64,000 nt of DNA, from positions 91,896 through 155,895 of the IMG/VR virus record IMGVR_UViG_3300027917_000021; one strand, given 5' to 3'. This DNA comes from a virus. Below the pieces are notes generated by a model, which was given only the letters and a program-made list of their open reading frames with translations, searched no databases and was not told the origin of the DNA. Below, piece after piece: positions 25,320-35,078 of the stretch. Within the stretch, counting starts at the first letter, position 1, and every line of letters starts with the position of its first letter. The position numbers and the translations under genes were made by a program.

Positions 25320-27374
25320 TTAATTTATGTTTGAATACAGTGTACTAATTTGTTTAGCCAATAATTGATCATTGACCAGGGCGTAAATTCTATTAACGAA
25401 TTTGTCAACGCCAACTTGTTGATTTGGTGTTTTATCAACTATGCAAACATACTGCATATCTGGGTATGTATATACACCACAATCACTAGTATGCTTGTTA
25501 TTTTCATAGGATACGAAGTATGTTTTTATTTTTCCTGGAACAATGTATCCAGATTTTCTTCCGCCTTTTAAATCTAGCGTGGTTTTTTCTAATTTAAATT
25601 TTTCTATCGTATTTTCCAGCAATTGCTTTGATTTTTCAATTGCATCGGTATACGCTTTACGTGCCAAAATTACTAATTCTTGTAGATCTTCTGGAGTAAT
25701 TCCTTCTATATTTTCAGGATTTAATAATACATCGATTATATCATCTAAATACTCTTTATTTGGTAGATTGACTATTCGTGGAGTATTTTTTATTAAAAAT
25801 GCTTTATTTCCAATCTTCAAATGCTGGCGTTTATTTTTTCTTACCAATTCCAATTTCATTAGAATTGATTCACCTTTTAATGGATTTTTTACTTGTATGT
25901 CAATTCCTGTATCAAGTAGTCCGTGGATCTTTAATGAGCATGTACTTACTTGCTTAAGAAAGGTATTGTATGTTGCTACGTTTTCAAAACAAGCAGTTCT
26001 TCGTAATATTGGTTCAAACTCATCTCGATTTACACGAATTTTATTTATATAATATACCGCGTAGGGTGCACCAGTTTTATTTGTTCCACGTTTTTGATGT
26101 AATACAATATTGATATCTCCGATTCTTGCGGATATGTCTTTATTATATTCATGCATGGTATTGCCTATTAATTCAGATATAAACATTTCAAAAGCACGAT
26201 CATAGTTTATGTCATCTAGATCATGATATCTGTGCATTTTTGTTAATAATTCTTTAATGTCTACATTTGGACTTTCTAGAACTTGTCCAGCATATTCTAT
26301 TTTATTTCCGCTAAATACTGTTTCATTTAACTTCAATGGATCTTTATCAATATTCTTTATACGGGTGTTGATTTTTATAGCCACCTGTTCTTTTTTTAAC
26401 TTGTTATCACGATCCATCGCCTGTTTTATCATGTATTTTTTGTTTGCTTTATCAATCATGTCTTGATTAAAAACAAACACTTGATCTTTTTTACGGCCTA
26501 TATAGTATTCAAGTGGATCAAAGCTTTTGGGAATAGATTTTACACTATTGTCAAATTGTATCTTTCCAGGAATATGGTCTTCAAATTGTGCAGCAAAAGT
26601 TCCTTCATCAACATAATTATAAGCAGGATTCTCATGAGGAATATCATAAGCACACCATTGTAAATCATCGTATGATCTGCCATAACCATAATGATATTGT
26701 CGCTTTGCCCCAAATTTAATTACTACCGCAAGACGTCTATTATTATCAATATCTTTTACACGAAAGAAATTATGTATTTGCCACGAGAAATCTTTAAATT
26801 TACTATTTAAAGCATCTATTTTTTTAGAAACAAAACCAGTTGTATCGATATCAGTATCATATAACCAATTTAGATGTTGTACGAATCCCTTTACTTTTTC
26901 AATATCAGTATAAATATGTGGATTTATTGTGCCATACCCTGTATTTGAGAGGGTATCGTGCGTACGAATATAATCAATAATGGCATATTTGTAATCATCC
27001 ATATTATCGAAAATACCTCTGGGCTTTGCCCATACTCGCATATTCAATTTTATATAGTTTATGGCTTTTATGTCTGTTATAGTTGGAACAAAACTAAACC
27101 TGGTTTCTGCAGTTTCAAACCAACGTCCGTTATCATCTTCTTTTCCGCATCGTTCTTGTAATCCAACCACTTTATCATCATTTCCATAAGGTGGTTTTGA
27201 TAAACGAGTTTTTAAAATATATTTTTGCTGAAAAATGCAGTATGCAAATTCATTTTCTAATTTATTAGTTTTGTGTTTTTTGTATACGTCTTCTGCTTCT
27301 TTAAATATTTCATCGGGTATATTTAAGTCTAGCAGTTTGTTAGAAATTTTTAAGTTACGAAAATTTGTTCTCAT
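25320..27374 (-). CDS. Large hypothetical protein linked to the Ubl module
   Basis: 684 aa, ends 1 nt before the Ubl start; C-terminal YVCIVD..D motif. Confidence 0.8.
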   Translation of the reverse strand: MRTNFRNLKISNKLLDLNIPDEIFKEAEDVYKKHKTNKLENEFAYCIFQQKYILKTRLSKPPYGNDDKVVGLQERCGKEDDNGRWFETAETRFSFVPTITDIKAINYIKLNMRVWAKPRGIFDNMDDYKYAIIDYIRTHDTLSNTGYGTINPHIYTDIEKVKGFVQHLNWLYDTDIDTTGFVSKKIDALNSKFKDFSWQIHNFFRVKDIDNNRRLAVVIKFGAKRQYHYGYGRSYDDLQWCAYDIPHENPAYNYVDEGTFAAQFEDHIPGKIQFDNSVKSIPKSFDPLEYYIGRKKDQVFVFNQDMIDKANKKYMIKQAMDRDNKLKKEQVAIKINTRIKNIDKDPLKLNETVFSGNKIEYAGQVLESPNVDIKELLTKMHRYHDLDDINYDRAFEMFISELIGNTMHEYNKDISARIGDINIVLHQKRGTNKTGAPYAVYYINKIRVNRDEFEPILRRTACFENVATYNTFLKQVSTCSLKIHGLLDTGIDIQVKNPLKGESILMKLELVRKNKRQHLKIGNKAFLIKNTPRIVNLPNKEYLDDIIDVLLNPENIEGITPEDLQELVILARKAYTDAIEKSKQLLENTIEKFKLEKTTLDLKGGRKSGYIVPGKIKTYFVSYENNKHTSDCGVYTYPDMQYVCIVDKTPNQQVGVDKFVNRIYALVNDQLLAKQISTLYSNIN

Positions 27375-27432
27375 ATATTATTCTAATTTATCTGTTATTG
27401 TCCAAAATGAAAAAACCTGACATAAATCAGGT

Positions 27433-27804
27433 TTAATCTGCACTACCAACTAGCAAGTCTTTTTCTCCAACGAAGAGATCAATTTCAAGTCCTACTAAAT
27501 CCTGTATAGTGGTTTTTCCGTATTTTCTCATAAATTTTCCGAGTGTAGAAAAGTAGTTCACTGATCCGGAAGCATCAGTAGATACCCACAATCCTCGTTG
27601 TTTCTTTGTCCCTTTATAATCTTGTACAAATACTTCATTAACTCGAATAATTTTTCCATCTTCCCGTTTGATCATTAAGCAAATCTTATCTCTTTGTTTA
27701 GGCGGCTCATTCTCTTCCATGGGAATATTAACTGTTTCTATTTGAATTTCTTCAACAGTGCCCTTTTTTGAATAGGTTCCTAAGGGCGTTGATAAGTCTA
27801 TCAT
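27433..27804 (-). CDS. Hypothetical protein
   Basis: 123-aa beta-rich ORF. Confidence 0.65.
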   Translation of the reverse strand: MIDLSTPLGTYSKKGTVEEIQIETVNIPMEENEPPKQRDKICLMIKREDGKIIRVNEVFVQDYKGTKKQRGLWVSTDASGSVNYFSTLGKFMRKYGKTTIQDLVGLEIDLFVGEKDLLVGSAD

Positions 27805-27831
27805 TTTTTAGTTAGATGGTTAAATTCTAGT

Positions 27832-27842
27832 TTTCTTATACC
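27832..27842 (-). promoter_or_regulatory. GGTATAAGAAA promoter-like motif
   Basis: Copy of the motif at 11655 and 43741. Confidence 0.5.
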
Positions 27843-28087
27843 TATTTTTTATCCGATACTTTTTGATATCCTCTTTGCTCTCTTCTTTTGATTAATCTTT
27901 GCATCTCTTTAAAACAGGTATTCCAGTCTCCTGCCGCTTTTATTTCGGCACGTGGACGGGGGGTATCAATTTTTCCCCATTTAGCACGTACTGCAAATGT
28001 TTCTCTTCCTTGAGAATCGTCTGGTCCTGGAATTAAATCAATTTCATAAAACTTATTGTGTCCGTTTTTGCGATTTTCATACCGCAT
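27842..28087 (-). CDS. WGR domain protein
   Basis: NKFYEI...WGKI...K..RGY. Confidence 0.8.
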   Translation of the reverse strand: MRYENRKNGHNKFYEIDLIPGPDDSQGRETFAVRAKWGKIDTPRPRAEIKAAGDWNTCFKEMQRLIKRREQRGYQKVSDKK

Positions 28088-28091
28088 AATT

Positions 28092-30077
28092 TTACTCCTT
28101 GTCAGGTATTTTCATTTCGCAACTGTCGTTTGAGCAATATTTTTCGTCATAATCATGTACAGTTCCGTTGCCATTTAGTTTATCATAATTTAAAGGTTTT
28201 AATTTTTTAATTATTTCTTTATATCGTTCTTTTGTTATTTCTTCATATGGTGGTTGTTCATATCCGTGCTCTGTCAAAGGCAAAAAACTTATTGATTTTA
28301 GTGAGTCTTCATATGTTTCTAGTACCGTTTTTATGTCTTGTTTTTCATTTTCTTTGACAGTCACAGTTATACTAACCTGATTGTCAGACCAATAATACTG
28401 TAAATCTGCAGCATTTTTTACCTGTTCCCAAATAGTAACATCGTTTTTTCCTTTACTAAAATATATTTCTTCTATAGGAAAAGAAATAACCGTGGTGCTG
28501 GGAGAATATTTGTCTGGCTCTATAGGAAAATTAGCCTTTTTTAATATGGGAACTAAAGGACTATTATCCATCATTCTAATTCGTCTTATATAATATTTTG
28601 AATGAGGATAATGAATACCAGGACTAACTCCAGCTAATAAAGATACTGTGCCCGAAGGTTTAACGGTTGTCATCTTTATAGAGCGAGGAATACATAGCCA
28701 ATCAGAATACATTTTATCTAATTCTTTTATGTACTGATATCCTTTATCCATTGCTATTAATGTATTTCTTTTTCCAAATTTATTAAATGTATCAATTATT
28801 CCAGAAATAGATAGCCCGATTCTTCTGTTACGACCCATTACTGCATTAGTTCTTTCGTCGTGAGTTAATAATAATGTAACGGATTTAGCGTACAAGTACG
28901 CAAATTTTAATGTTTTTATCCAATCTTCCAAAGTTTCATGATTACTAGGATATGTTTCTACTAGGTTACATAATTCAAAACTTTCCAATGTTTGTTCTGA
29001 ACAAGGATTAGTTCCTAATGCTCGTCGATCTTTCCAATTGGGTTTATCTATAAGACGTCCATATTTTTGGGAGTTTTCCAACCAAAAATATCCTGGCTCC
29101 CCATTTATTGCTGTATCTTCTGCATATTTTGAATAATTCATTCCTATATGTGCAATGATAGAATTATTACTAGCCCACCTATGACTCATAAGTTTTTCTT
29201 TATCTTGTTTTAATTTGCGAAAAACTTCATCATCTGGTGCACCTAGCATTAATTCTGCAGATCTTCTAACATTGCCTGCAACGACACAACGGCCTATTAA
29301 ATTGAAAATGTCAACAATTTGATCAGATCTTATTTTATAATCTTCTCCACCATTATTTTTTGGATGCAATATTTTTATTATATCTTCTAGAGCATCTACT
29401 AATGGCCCGGGACCAGAAGCAACACCGCCAAAACCCCTTATTGGTGCTCCAGAGGGTCTTACTTGTGATACATCCAAGGTCTGTAATTTTCCTTTTCCAA
29501 TGAAAGAATTAAGCACCATTTCAAGCGCGGCTACCCAACCTTCTCGAGTATCTGCTACAATAAATTTATCGTCGTCTTCCGCCTGTTTGGGTGTACTTAT
29601 TTTTAAAGTATCTGCCCCCTTTGTATCTCCTGATACACCGACTCCAAGCATAAGCATATCCATCATAAAACAAAAGGGTGCTGAAAAGTTTGTGCTGATT
29701 TCATTAGTACTTACAAAGGCACAATTATTAAGTGCGGCTGATCCACGTTCATACATAAAGTCTGTTCCCATAATCCAAAATCCACGACCTGCAGGAGTAA
29801 ACTTAAATTCCCACATAAGTTCAAACATTCTTTGTGCTGAGCGTTGTGCTTTTTGATCATTCCATGGAAGCTTTAAAGTTTTGGCATGTATTTTTTGCAA
29901 AGAATATACACCGTTTATTACGCGTTCTAAAGTTTCCCAATATTCTTCTGTTCTTTTTTCTTCTTTTATAGATCTAGAATATGTACGTTTGTATGTTATA
30001 TACCCAAGTGGTCCCCAATTAGGCTGTTTACCAATGTATTGTTCTAGAAATGTTTTTGATAATTTAAACCTTTCCAT
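28092..30077 (-). CDS. nrdJ: Class II (adenosylcobalamin-dependent) ribonucleotide reductase, monomeric type
   Basis: TPAGRG, NNCAF, VVAGNVRRSA, TNPCSEQ, CNL, TVKPSGTVS and C-terminal CSNDSC. Confidence 0.93.
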   Translation of the reverse strand: MERFKLSKTFLEQYIGKQPNWGPLGYITYKRTYSRSIKEEKRTEEYWETLERVINGVYSLQKIHAKTLKLPWNDQKAQRSAQRMFELMWEFKFTPAGRGFWIMGTDFMYERGSAALNNCAFVSTNEISTNFSAPFCFMMDMLMLGVGVSGDTKGADTLKISTPKQAEDDDKFIVADTREGWVAALEMVLNSFIGKGKLQTLDVSQVRPSGAPIRGFGGVASGPGPLVDALEDIIKILHPKNNGGEDYKIRSDQIVDIFNLIGRCVVAGNVRRSAELMLGAPDDEVFRKLKQDKEKLMSHRWASNNSIIAHIGMNYSKYAEDTAINGEPGYFWLENSQKYGRLIDKPNWKDRRALGTNPCSEQTLESFELCNLVETYPSNHETLEDWIKTLKFAYLYAKSVTLLLTHDERTNAVMGRNRRIGLSISGIIDTFNKFGKRNTLIAMDKGYQYIKELDKMYSDWLCIPRSIKMTTVKPSGTVSLLAGVSPGIHYPHSKYYIRRIRMMDNSPLVPILKKANFPIEPDKYSPSTTVISFPIEEIYFSKGKNDVTIWEQVKNAADLQYYWSDNQVSITVTVKENEKQDIKTVLETYEDSLKSISFLPLTEHGYEQPPYEEITKERYKEIIKKLKPLNYDKLNGNGTVHDYDEKYCSNDSCEMKIPDKE

Positions 30078-30091
30078 TCACGTTGTTCTCC

Positions 30092-30400
30092 TTATTCTGT
30101 TTCAGTATTACAATTACAATGTGATGGAAAAGAAACTAATGTTCCTATATGATCTCCGGTCTCAAGATCAACCGGATAAGGAGTTAAATTTATAATTGTT
30201 ATGATTGTAACGCCTGATGTAATAATATCAGGATATAACATTATTTTGTTTTGTTTACCAAAATCTGATGTAGTTATCAGGGCTTTTGGATATTCTTTTG
30301 GCCTGGAAATTTTTACTTCGAATTGATGTATTCCATGACCATTAATTCTTAGTCTGTTCTTTGCCGGTAATCCGGTATCAAATAATATTTTATTAGTCAT
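30092..30400 (-). CDS. Hypothetical protein, possibly a degenerate dUTPase fold
   Basis: IINLTPYPVDLETGDHIGTLV resembles the dUTPase motif 4 region; other motifs absent. Confidence 0.4.
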   Translation of the reverse strand: MTNKILFDTGLPAKNRLRINGHGIHQFEVKISRPKEYPKALITTSDFGKQNKIMLYPDIITSGVTIITIINLTPYPVDLETGDHIGTLVSFPSHCNCNTETE

Positions 30401-30402
30401 TA

Positions 30403-30651
30403 TTATTCTATTGGATTTTTTGGGGAGTCTGTTACATCTATTATGGCTCCAATTAAAGATGATTTAATGGTATGTGGATAACGAATTATCTGTATTTGTA
30501 ATCCTACATTTTTTTCTATTATATCCAACTCTTCCTGTGATGGCATTGGGTCTATTGGTAAAAGTTCAATTTCTAACTTCTCTAATGAAGGTATTTCTTG
30601 AACCATACCAAACATTGGGCTAGTCCCTACCATTGCTATTATTCTTTTCAT
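30403..30651 (-). CDS. Hypothetical protein
   Basis: ORF in operon. Confidence 0.55.
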   Translation of the reverse strand: MKRIIAMVGTSPMFGMVQEIPSLEKLEIELLPIDPMPSQEELDIIEKNVGLQIQIIRYPHTIKSSLIGAIIDVTDSPKNPIE

Positions 30652-31105
30652 ATAGATTTAAATAGTCTTCTGTTTTTCTCATCCAGGTTTTTTGAAAATC
30701 TGACAGAGGCACAGATTTGCGACCTTTTTTTCTATTATCCCAATATTTTAATATTAAGGAAATAGGAGTCATATAAAATTTTTCAAAACCTTGGACATTA
30801 TAAAATTGTATAAATACGTAGGCTTCACCACCTACCTTATCCCAATATCTTAGAAATTCTATTTGATGCTGTTTCATATTAGACAGGGGGAAACTAGTTG
30901 TCTCCCCCGTCTGTTTTGCGTCAAATGCAATCCCTTTTCCATTGGGACCATATACACCAGTAAAATCCACAGTGGATTGTTTTAGGATATTTCCCTTCAC
31001 CGGTATTTCATGATACTCGATTACCGCCAACTTATCTTTACGATATTTGTAATTTACTTTCTTGATCGAGTTCTCGAAGTTTTTCCACTCTTTTGGTTGT
31101 CCCAT
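30620..31105 (-). CDS. recU: RecU-like Holliday junction resolvase
   Basis: STVDFTGV, AFDAKQT, FPLSNMKQHQIEFL. Confidence 0.85.
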   Translation of the reverse strand: MGQPKEWKNFENSIKKVNYKYRKDKLAVIEYHEIPVKGNILKQSTVDFTGVYGPNGKGIAFDAKQTGETTSFPLSNMKQHQIEFLRYWDKVGGEAYVFIQFYNVQGFEKFYMTPISLILKYWDNRKKGRKSVPLSDFQKTWMRKTEDYLNLYEKNNSNGRD

Positions 31106-31580
31106 CTGGCTTTATAAAATGGATTTCATCAAAACTTTCTTCAAAAGAAGGTTTTGTTAATGTTCGTAATGCTTCTGGAATAAATTCTTCTAACTTTTCA
31201 CGCTGATCTAATGTTTTATCTGTTCTACTTTCATTTCGTAAAACAGCCTCTTTTAAATCAGGTTCAAAATATAAAGCAACAACATACAAGTCTCTTTTTA
31301 TATTTTTTGCCTTATTAATGAATCTTTTCCTAGATTTTGGAGTAAGATTAACTCTATCAATATAAATACTAAATCCAGCTTGAAGGGCAGATTCTAAAAT
31401 TACATTTTCAGAGTCTTTGATAACATTATTTATGTTTTGTGTGTATACTGGCCCAGATAACATTGTATTTATATCATCTCTAGAAATCCTCAATACTTGC
31501 TCTTTGTCAAAATGTTCAGCCCAGTAAGTAGTTTTTCCAGAAGCCGGTATTCCAACCGGAATATAAAGTTTTTGCGTCAT
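31038..31580 (-). CDS. P-loop kinase (AAA_33 / polynucleotide kinase-like)
   Basis: GIPASGKTT, ISRDD, IDRVNL...R, RN..R. Confidence 0.8.
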   Translation of the reverse strand: MTQKLYIPVGIPASGKTTYWAEHFDKEQVLRISRDDINTMLSGPVYTQNINNVIKDSENVILESALQAGFSIYIDRVNLTPKSRKRFINKAKNIKRDLYVVALYFEPDLKEAVLRNESRTDKTLDQREKLEEFIPEALRTLTKPSFEESFDEIHFIKPDGTTKRVEKLRELDQESKLQIS

Positions 31581-31597
31581 ACCATAATTCCTGGGAA

Positions 31598-32272
31598 TTA
31601 TATACCTTTAATAATTTGGATTATTTCCTTAGGAGTTTTTGGAGTAGTTGGGGCTAATCCACGAATAGGACGTAGTTGGGAAATTATTGCTTCTTGCCAT
31701 TGTGCTAATATTGACACTGCTCCAGGAACACCTAGCTGTTCAGCAACTGCAGTCGGTGATGCTGGCCTAGAAGGGGCCATACCAGGAGTATGTTTTCGAT
31801 AAAAACCTTGAATGGTATGTTGCCATCCTTTTAGAATATCTTCTGCAGTATTATCACCTACAATTTTAAGAGGCCTTAACTGATCTTCTGAAGGTCGGCC
31901 GTTTGCAACTGGCGCAGCAATTTCTGGAGGTTTTTCGTCTTTAATTTCGTCTTTATTTTCATCTTCAGATGTAGTTTCACTCTGTATGTCTTCCTCATAT
32001 GTATTATTTACTTCTACTCCCACAGGAATATCTTCTTCAGGGATTGAGGTTTTTGCTACGGCATCCGCAACATCTTCTATAGAAATAGTTAAATCTCCAT
32101 TTTTCAAGACTGGGGCCGCGTCAACCATTTCTTTAAAAGAAGGTTTATGTGTAAAAATTCTTTCTACAAGCTCATTATTTGTACCAGATGCATCAAGATT
32201 TAAGTTTTCGGCGATTTCGATAAGCTGTTTTTTCTTTTTAGATTTCAATTCATTCATTGTGTAACTAGGCAT
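31598..32272 (-). CDS. Protein with an N-terminal SAP/Rho-N-like nucleic-acid-binding motif and acidic linker
   Basis: LKSKKKKQLIEIAENLNLDASGTNNELVERI; AGGAG RBS. Confidence 0.65.
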   Translation of the reverse strand: MPSYTMNELKSKKKKQLIEIAENLNLDASGTNNELVERIFTHKPSFKEMVDAAPVLKNGDLTISIEDVADAVAKTSIPEEDIPVGVEVNNTYEEDIQSETTSEDENKDEIKDEKPPEIAAPVANGRPSEDQLRPLKIVGDNTAEDILKGWQHTIQGFYRKHTPGMAPSRPASPTAVAEQLGVPGAVSILAQWQEAIISQLRPIRGLAPTTPKTPKEIIQIIKGI

Positions 32273-32293
32273 TTATTGTTCTCCTTTTAAAAT

Positions 32294-32337
32294 AAAAAAG
32301 AGTTCGGTTAGGCAAAAATCTGGCCATAACCGAACTC
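32294..32337 (-). terminator. Intrinsic terminator after the SSB gene
   Basis: GAGTTCGGTTA/TAACCGAACTC stem plus U tract. Confidence 0.75.
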
Positions 32338-32345
32338 AAAACATA

Positions 32346-32798
32346 CTATTTAAATAAATTACTCTTTGGTTGTCCGATAGGTGTTTCTGTCGGAGCATTA
32401 TCTGTATCTCCGTCAGTTACCTCTTTCCAATTAGTAATTTTATTTCTTGGGTCACCAGAAGGAGTGGTGTCTGGCTCTAGAAATGCTTTACATATTAATC
32501 CTGGCATAGAGGCCACGATTGCGTCTTCGTCAACATCTCCGCGATTAACCAAATCAGATTTTGCTTTTTCCAGAAAAGTTTTTAACGCCCAAAGTGAGTT
32601 GGAACCGAGATTAAAGTTATTCCAAACTTTGCGTTTATCATATTTTGCTGGAGAAAGAATATTAAATTCTGTATTAATTAAAGTTCTGGGGCCATTTTTT
32701 GAATCTTGCAATTCAGCCTTAACAACTTTTACCACATACCAGCCTTCGGGTAAAGCAGTTTTTACGTTTCCTGTTTCAACGTTAGTAAAATTTATCAT
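32346..32798 (-). CDS. DUF669-like single-stranded DNA-binding protein
   Basis: LPEGWY.V.V..AE...SKNG, RKVWNNF, RNKI; acidic tail ending in F-K; follows Sak4. Confidence 0.75.
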   Translation of the reverse strand: MINFTNVETGNVKTALPEGWYVVKVVKAELQDSKNGPRTLINTEFNILSPAKYDKRKVWNNFNLGSNSLWALKTFLEKAKSDLVNRGDVDEDAIVASMPGLICKAFLEPDTTPSGDPRNKITNWKEVTDGDTDNAPTETPIGQPKSNLFK

Positions 32799-33730
32799 TA
32801 GTTCTCAGTGGTTATTTCTTGTAATGATGAGATAAACATTGCAGCTTCATCTTCTCTTAAGTCAAGAGCACTTGTAACTGCATATTCGTCCAGAAGTTTG
32901 TGGTTTACTACTTCTTCATCAAGAGTAGAGACTATTGTTTGTAGTTCTTCTAATTGAGCTGCAGTAATTCCTGCAGTTAATACCGTGGTTCCCTGGAATA
33001 CCACTTCATTATTGCGTCCAGCGGCTTGATTAAAACTTGACTGTTGTTCAAATTGAACAGCTTCTCTTTCTAACCCATCCACACCTAAATACTTAACAAA
33101 AGAAGGATAACTGAATTCAAAAGTTTCAGGCATGCGATTACTTCTATCTTTTTCTACTATTGCCAGCCTTTTTCCATCTTCGTCTTTTTCTAGCCTTAAG
33201 ACAACGTCAACCAAGTATGGCAAGTCCTTTGGACCATCTGGTTGTACGCCAATAATTTTCATAAATTCGCCCTCGTCTTCAGAATATTGGTTCTTGGTAG
33301 GGGCGGTTAAAATAATATTCATATCCAAAGATAATATTTTTCTGAAAAGAATATTTCTTTCTTCTTTTATTACTTTGTAATCAAGCGGTTGCAGCGAATA
33401 ATTGGGGTTCGCTTTTTTAACTCGCATTCTTTTTAGTTGTTTTAATACGATACTATCATCAATTCTGCGGATAGGATCTATTACAAATGTTTTAAAATCT
33501 TTTGGATCTGCAAGTAATTCGTCAACTGCTTTATCAACTACTTCATGATCCTGTGTTTGCAGGCGATAAAAATTAAATTTATCACCATAGAAATTAGTTC
33601 CTTTTTCTGTATCAATTACAGCTGGATTCGGGAAATGGAGAGAAGTTACTGTTTTTCCGGATCCAGAGGGACCATAAACATACATCTTTAAGCGATTTGC
33701 TTTTGGTTCTGCTTTTTCAAATAAACTCAT
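32798..33730 (-). CDS. Sak4-like (AAA_24) ssDNA-annealing ATPase
   Basis: YGPSGSGKT, IDTEKG, VIDP, KDR. Confidence 0.8.
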   Translation of the reverse strand: MSLFEKAEPKANRLKMYVYGPSGSGKTVTSLHFPNPAVIDTEKGTNFYGDKFNFYRLQTQDHEVVDKAVDELLADPKDFKTFVIDPIRRIDDSIVLKQLKRMRVKKANPNYSLQPLDYKVIKEERNILFRKILSLDMNIILTAPTKNQYSEDEGEFMKIIGVQPDGPKDLPYLVDVVLRLEKDEDGKRLAIVEKDRSNRMPETFEFSYPSFVKYLGVDGLEREAVQFEQQSSFNQAAGRNNEVVFQGTTVLTAGITAAQLEELQTIVSTLDEEVVNHKLLDEYAVTSALDLREDEAAMFISSLQEITTEN

Positions 33731-33734
33731 TTAG

Positions 33735-34076
33735 TTAACTGGTTTCTGTGAGGGTGCGTTGTTCATCCAACTTTTTCCCCACATCCTCTATAATTTTTAG
33801 CATCTCTTTCTTAGCAGATGCTAATGTTTGTTTCAATTTTATTGGATCTATCGGCGCTTTTTTATATTTGATCATATCATCAACTAGATGATTATAAACA
33901 TTTTCTAATGATGTCAAATAAAAGGGCCCGGAATTTCCAAAGTGGTAAATCCACTGCCGAGAATCCCAATCTAGCTTAAGAACGGTTTTTCCAATCTTTG
34001 TTCTTATTCCAGTTTCCGTTTTGATGTTTGAGATAGTTTTTTGTGATTTTGTAGATTTCATAAGTTGCTTCAACAT
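33735..34076 (-). CDS. Hypothetical protein (true start may be downstream of the overlap)
   Basis: ORF in operon overlapping the previous gene by ~100 nt. Confidence 0.5.
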   Translation of the reverse strand: MLKQLMKSTKSQKTISNIKTETGIRTKIGKTVLKLDWDSRQWIYHFGNSGPFYLTSLENVYNHLVDDMIKYKKAPIDPIKLKQTLASAKKEMLKIIEDVGKKLDEQRTLTETS

Positions 34077-34707
34077 CTCTCATGGCATATTCTGCTATTT
34101 CTTTTATTTTTCCTTGTTGGAAAGCAGCCGCTACCGTATCTGCCTTCACATCACCTTCTTTTGGTGTAGGGATACCAAAGAATTCACATGCAAGTTCCAA
34201 TGATGGCCTTAAATTCATTGTCCAGTTGGCTAAATGCTGCATAACATCATAATGTGGATAATTTTGATATAATCGTAAATCTAGAAAATCATTATTTGTT
34301 ACTTCTACACGATGCTTCATTGAACGTACCTGTATAAACCAGGTATCAAATCTAAGACTATTGAATCCTACAAACGTACCAGTAAATCCTTTGACATAAT
34401 CCCAAAAATCTTCGAGCAAAATTTTTTCTTCTGGCTCTACTAATCCATTTTTCATTTGTTTGGGAGCTGCTACCAGGGTTGACCGATTACCAGATGGAAA
34501 TCTATCTGAAATTTCATACATTGAAATACAGATGATTTGGCCAAAAAACGGATTGGTGGCTGCTACTAATCGTTCAGCCTCACCAGGATCCATATCACTT
34601 TTTTCTACGTAATAATCTATTCTGTTAGCCATTTTTTCTTTCTGCAATTCACTAAATAGTGAAACCTGCGGGACAGTTTCGATGTCCCATACTATAATAT
34701 TTTCCAT
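33976..34707 (-). CDS. PolB-exo-like 3'-5' exonuclease (DnaQ superfamily)
   Basis: WDIET, GFNSLRFD, HYD, YAMRDV. Confidence 0.85.
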   Translation of the reverse strand: MENIIVWDIETVPQVSLFSELQKEKMANRIDYYVEKSDMDPGEAERLVAATNPFFGQIICISMYEISDRFPSGNRSTLVAAPKQMKNGLVEPEEKILLEDFWDYVKGFTGTFVGFNSLRFDTWFIQVRSMKHRVEVTNNDFLDLRLYQNYPHYDVMQHLANWTMNLRPSLELACEFFGIPTPKEGDVKADTVAAAFQQGKIKEIAEYAMRDVEATYEIYKITKNYLKHQNGNWNKNKDWKNRS

Positions 34708-34742
34708 AATATTTTGGTTTTTGCGTTGTAAATATACTTAAA

Positions 34743-35078
34743 TTATTCTATCTTTTCAAGCATTTTATTGATTACTTGGGTATGATGATCCCAAATTTTT
34801 AAGTGTTTCATTACTTCGCATTTTATGAGATTTAACTTGTTTATTTCTAATTTTACTGCTAATCCTATTATATTAGGAATGGTTTTTTCTGCATCAACTT
34901 TATAGCCAACATAGAGTTCCATCATTTTTTCTGTCTCGGAATACACAACACCAACATAATCACTTTCAATATTGTATGATGCCATATTGCGTTTTCCAAA
35001 CTTTTTTGATGGTTCAGCCAGGACAGCTTCCAAATGATTTACTTTCCAAACTCTTTTATGGTATGTAGTTACTCTCAT
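34743..35078 (-). CDS. Hypothetical protein
   Basis: ORF in operon. Confidence 0.55.
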   Translation of the reverse strand: MRVTTYHKRVWKVNHLEAVLAEPSKKFGKRNMASYNIESDYVGVVYSETEKMMELYVGYKVDAEKTIPNIIGLAVKLEINKLNLIKCEVMKHLKIWDHHTQVINKMLEKIE

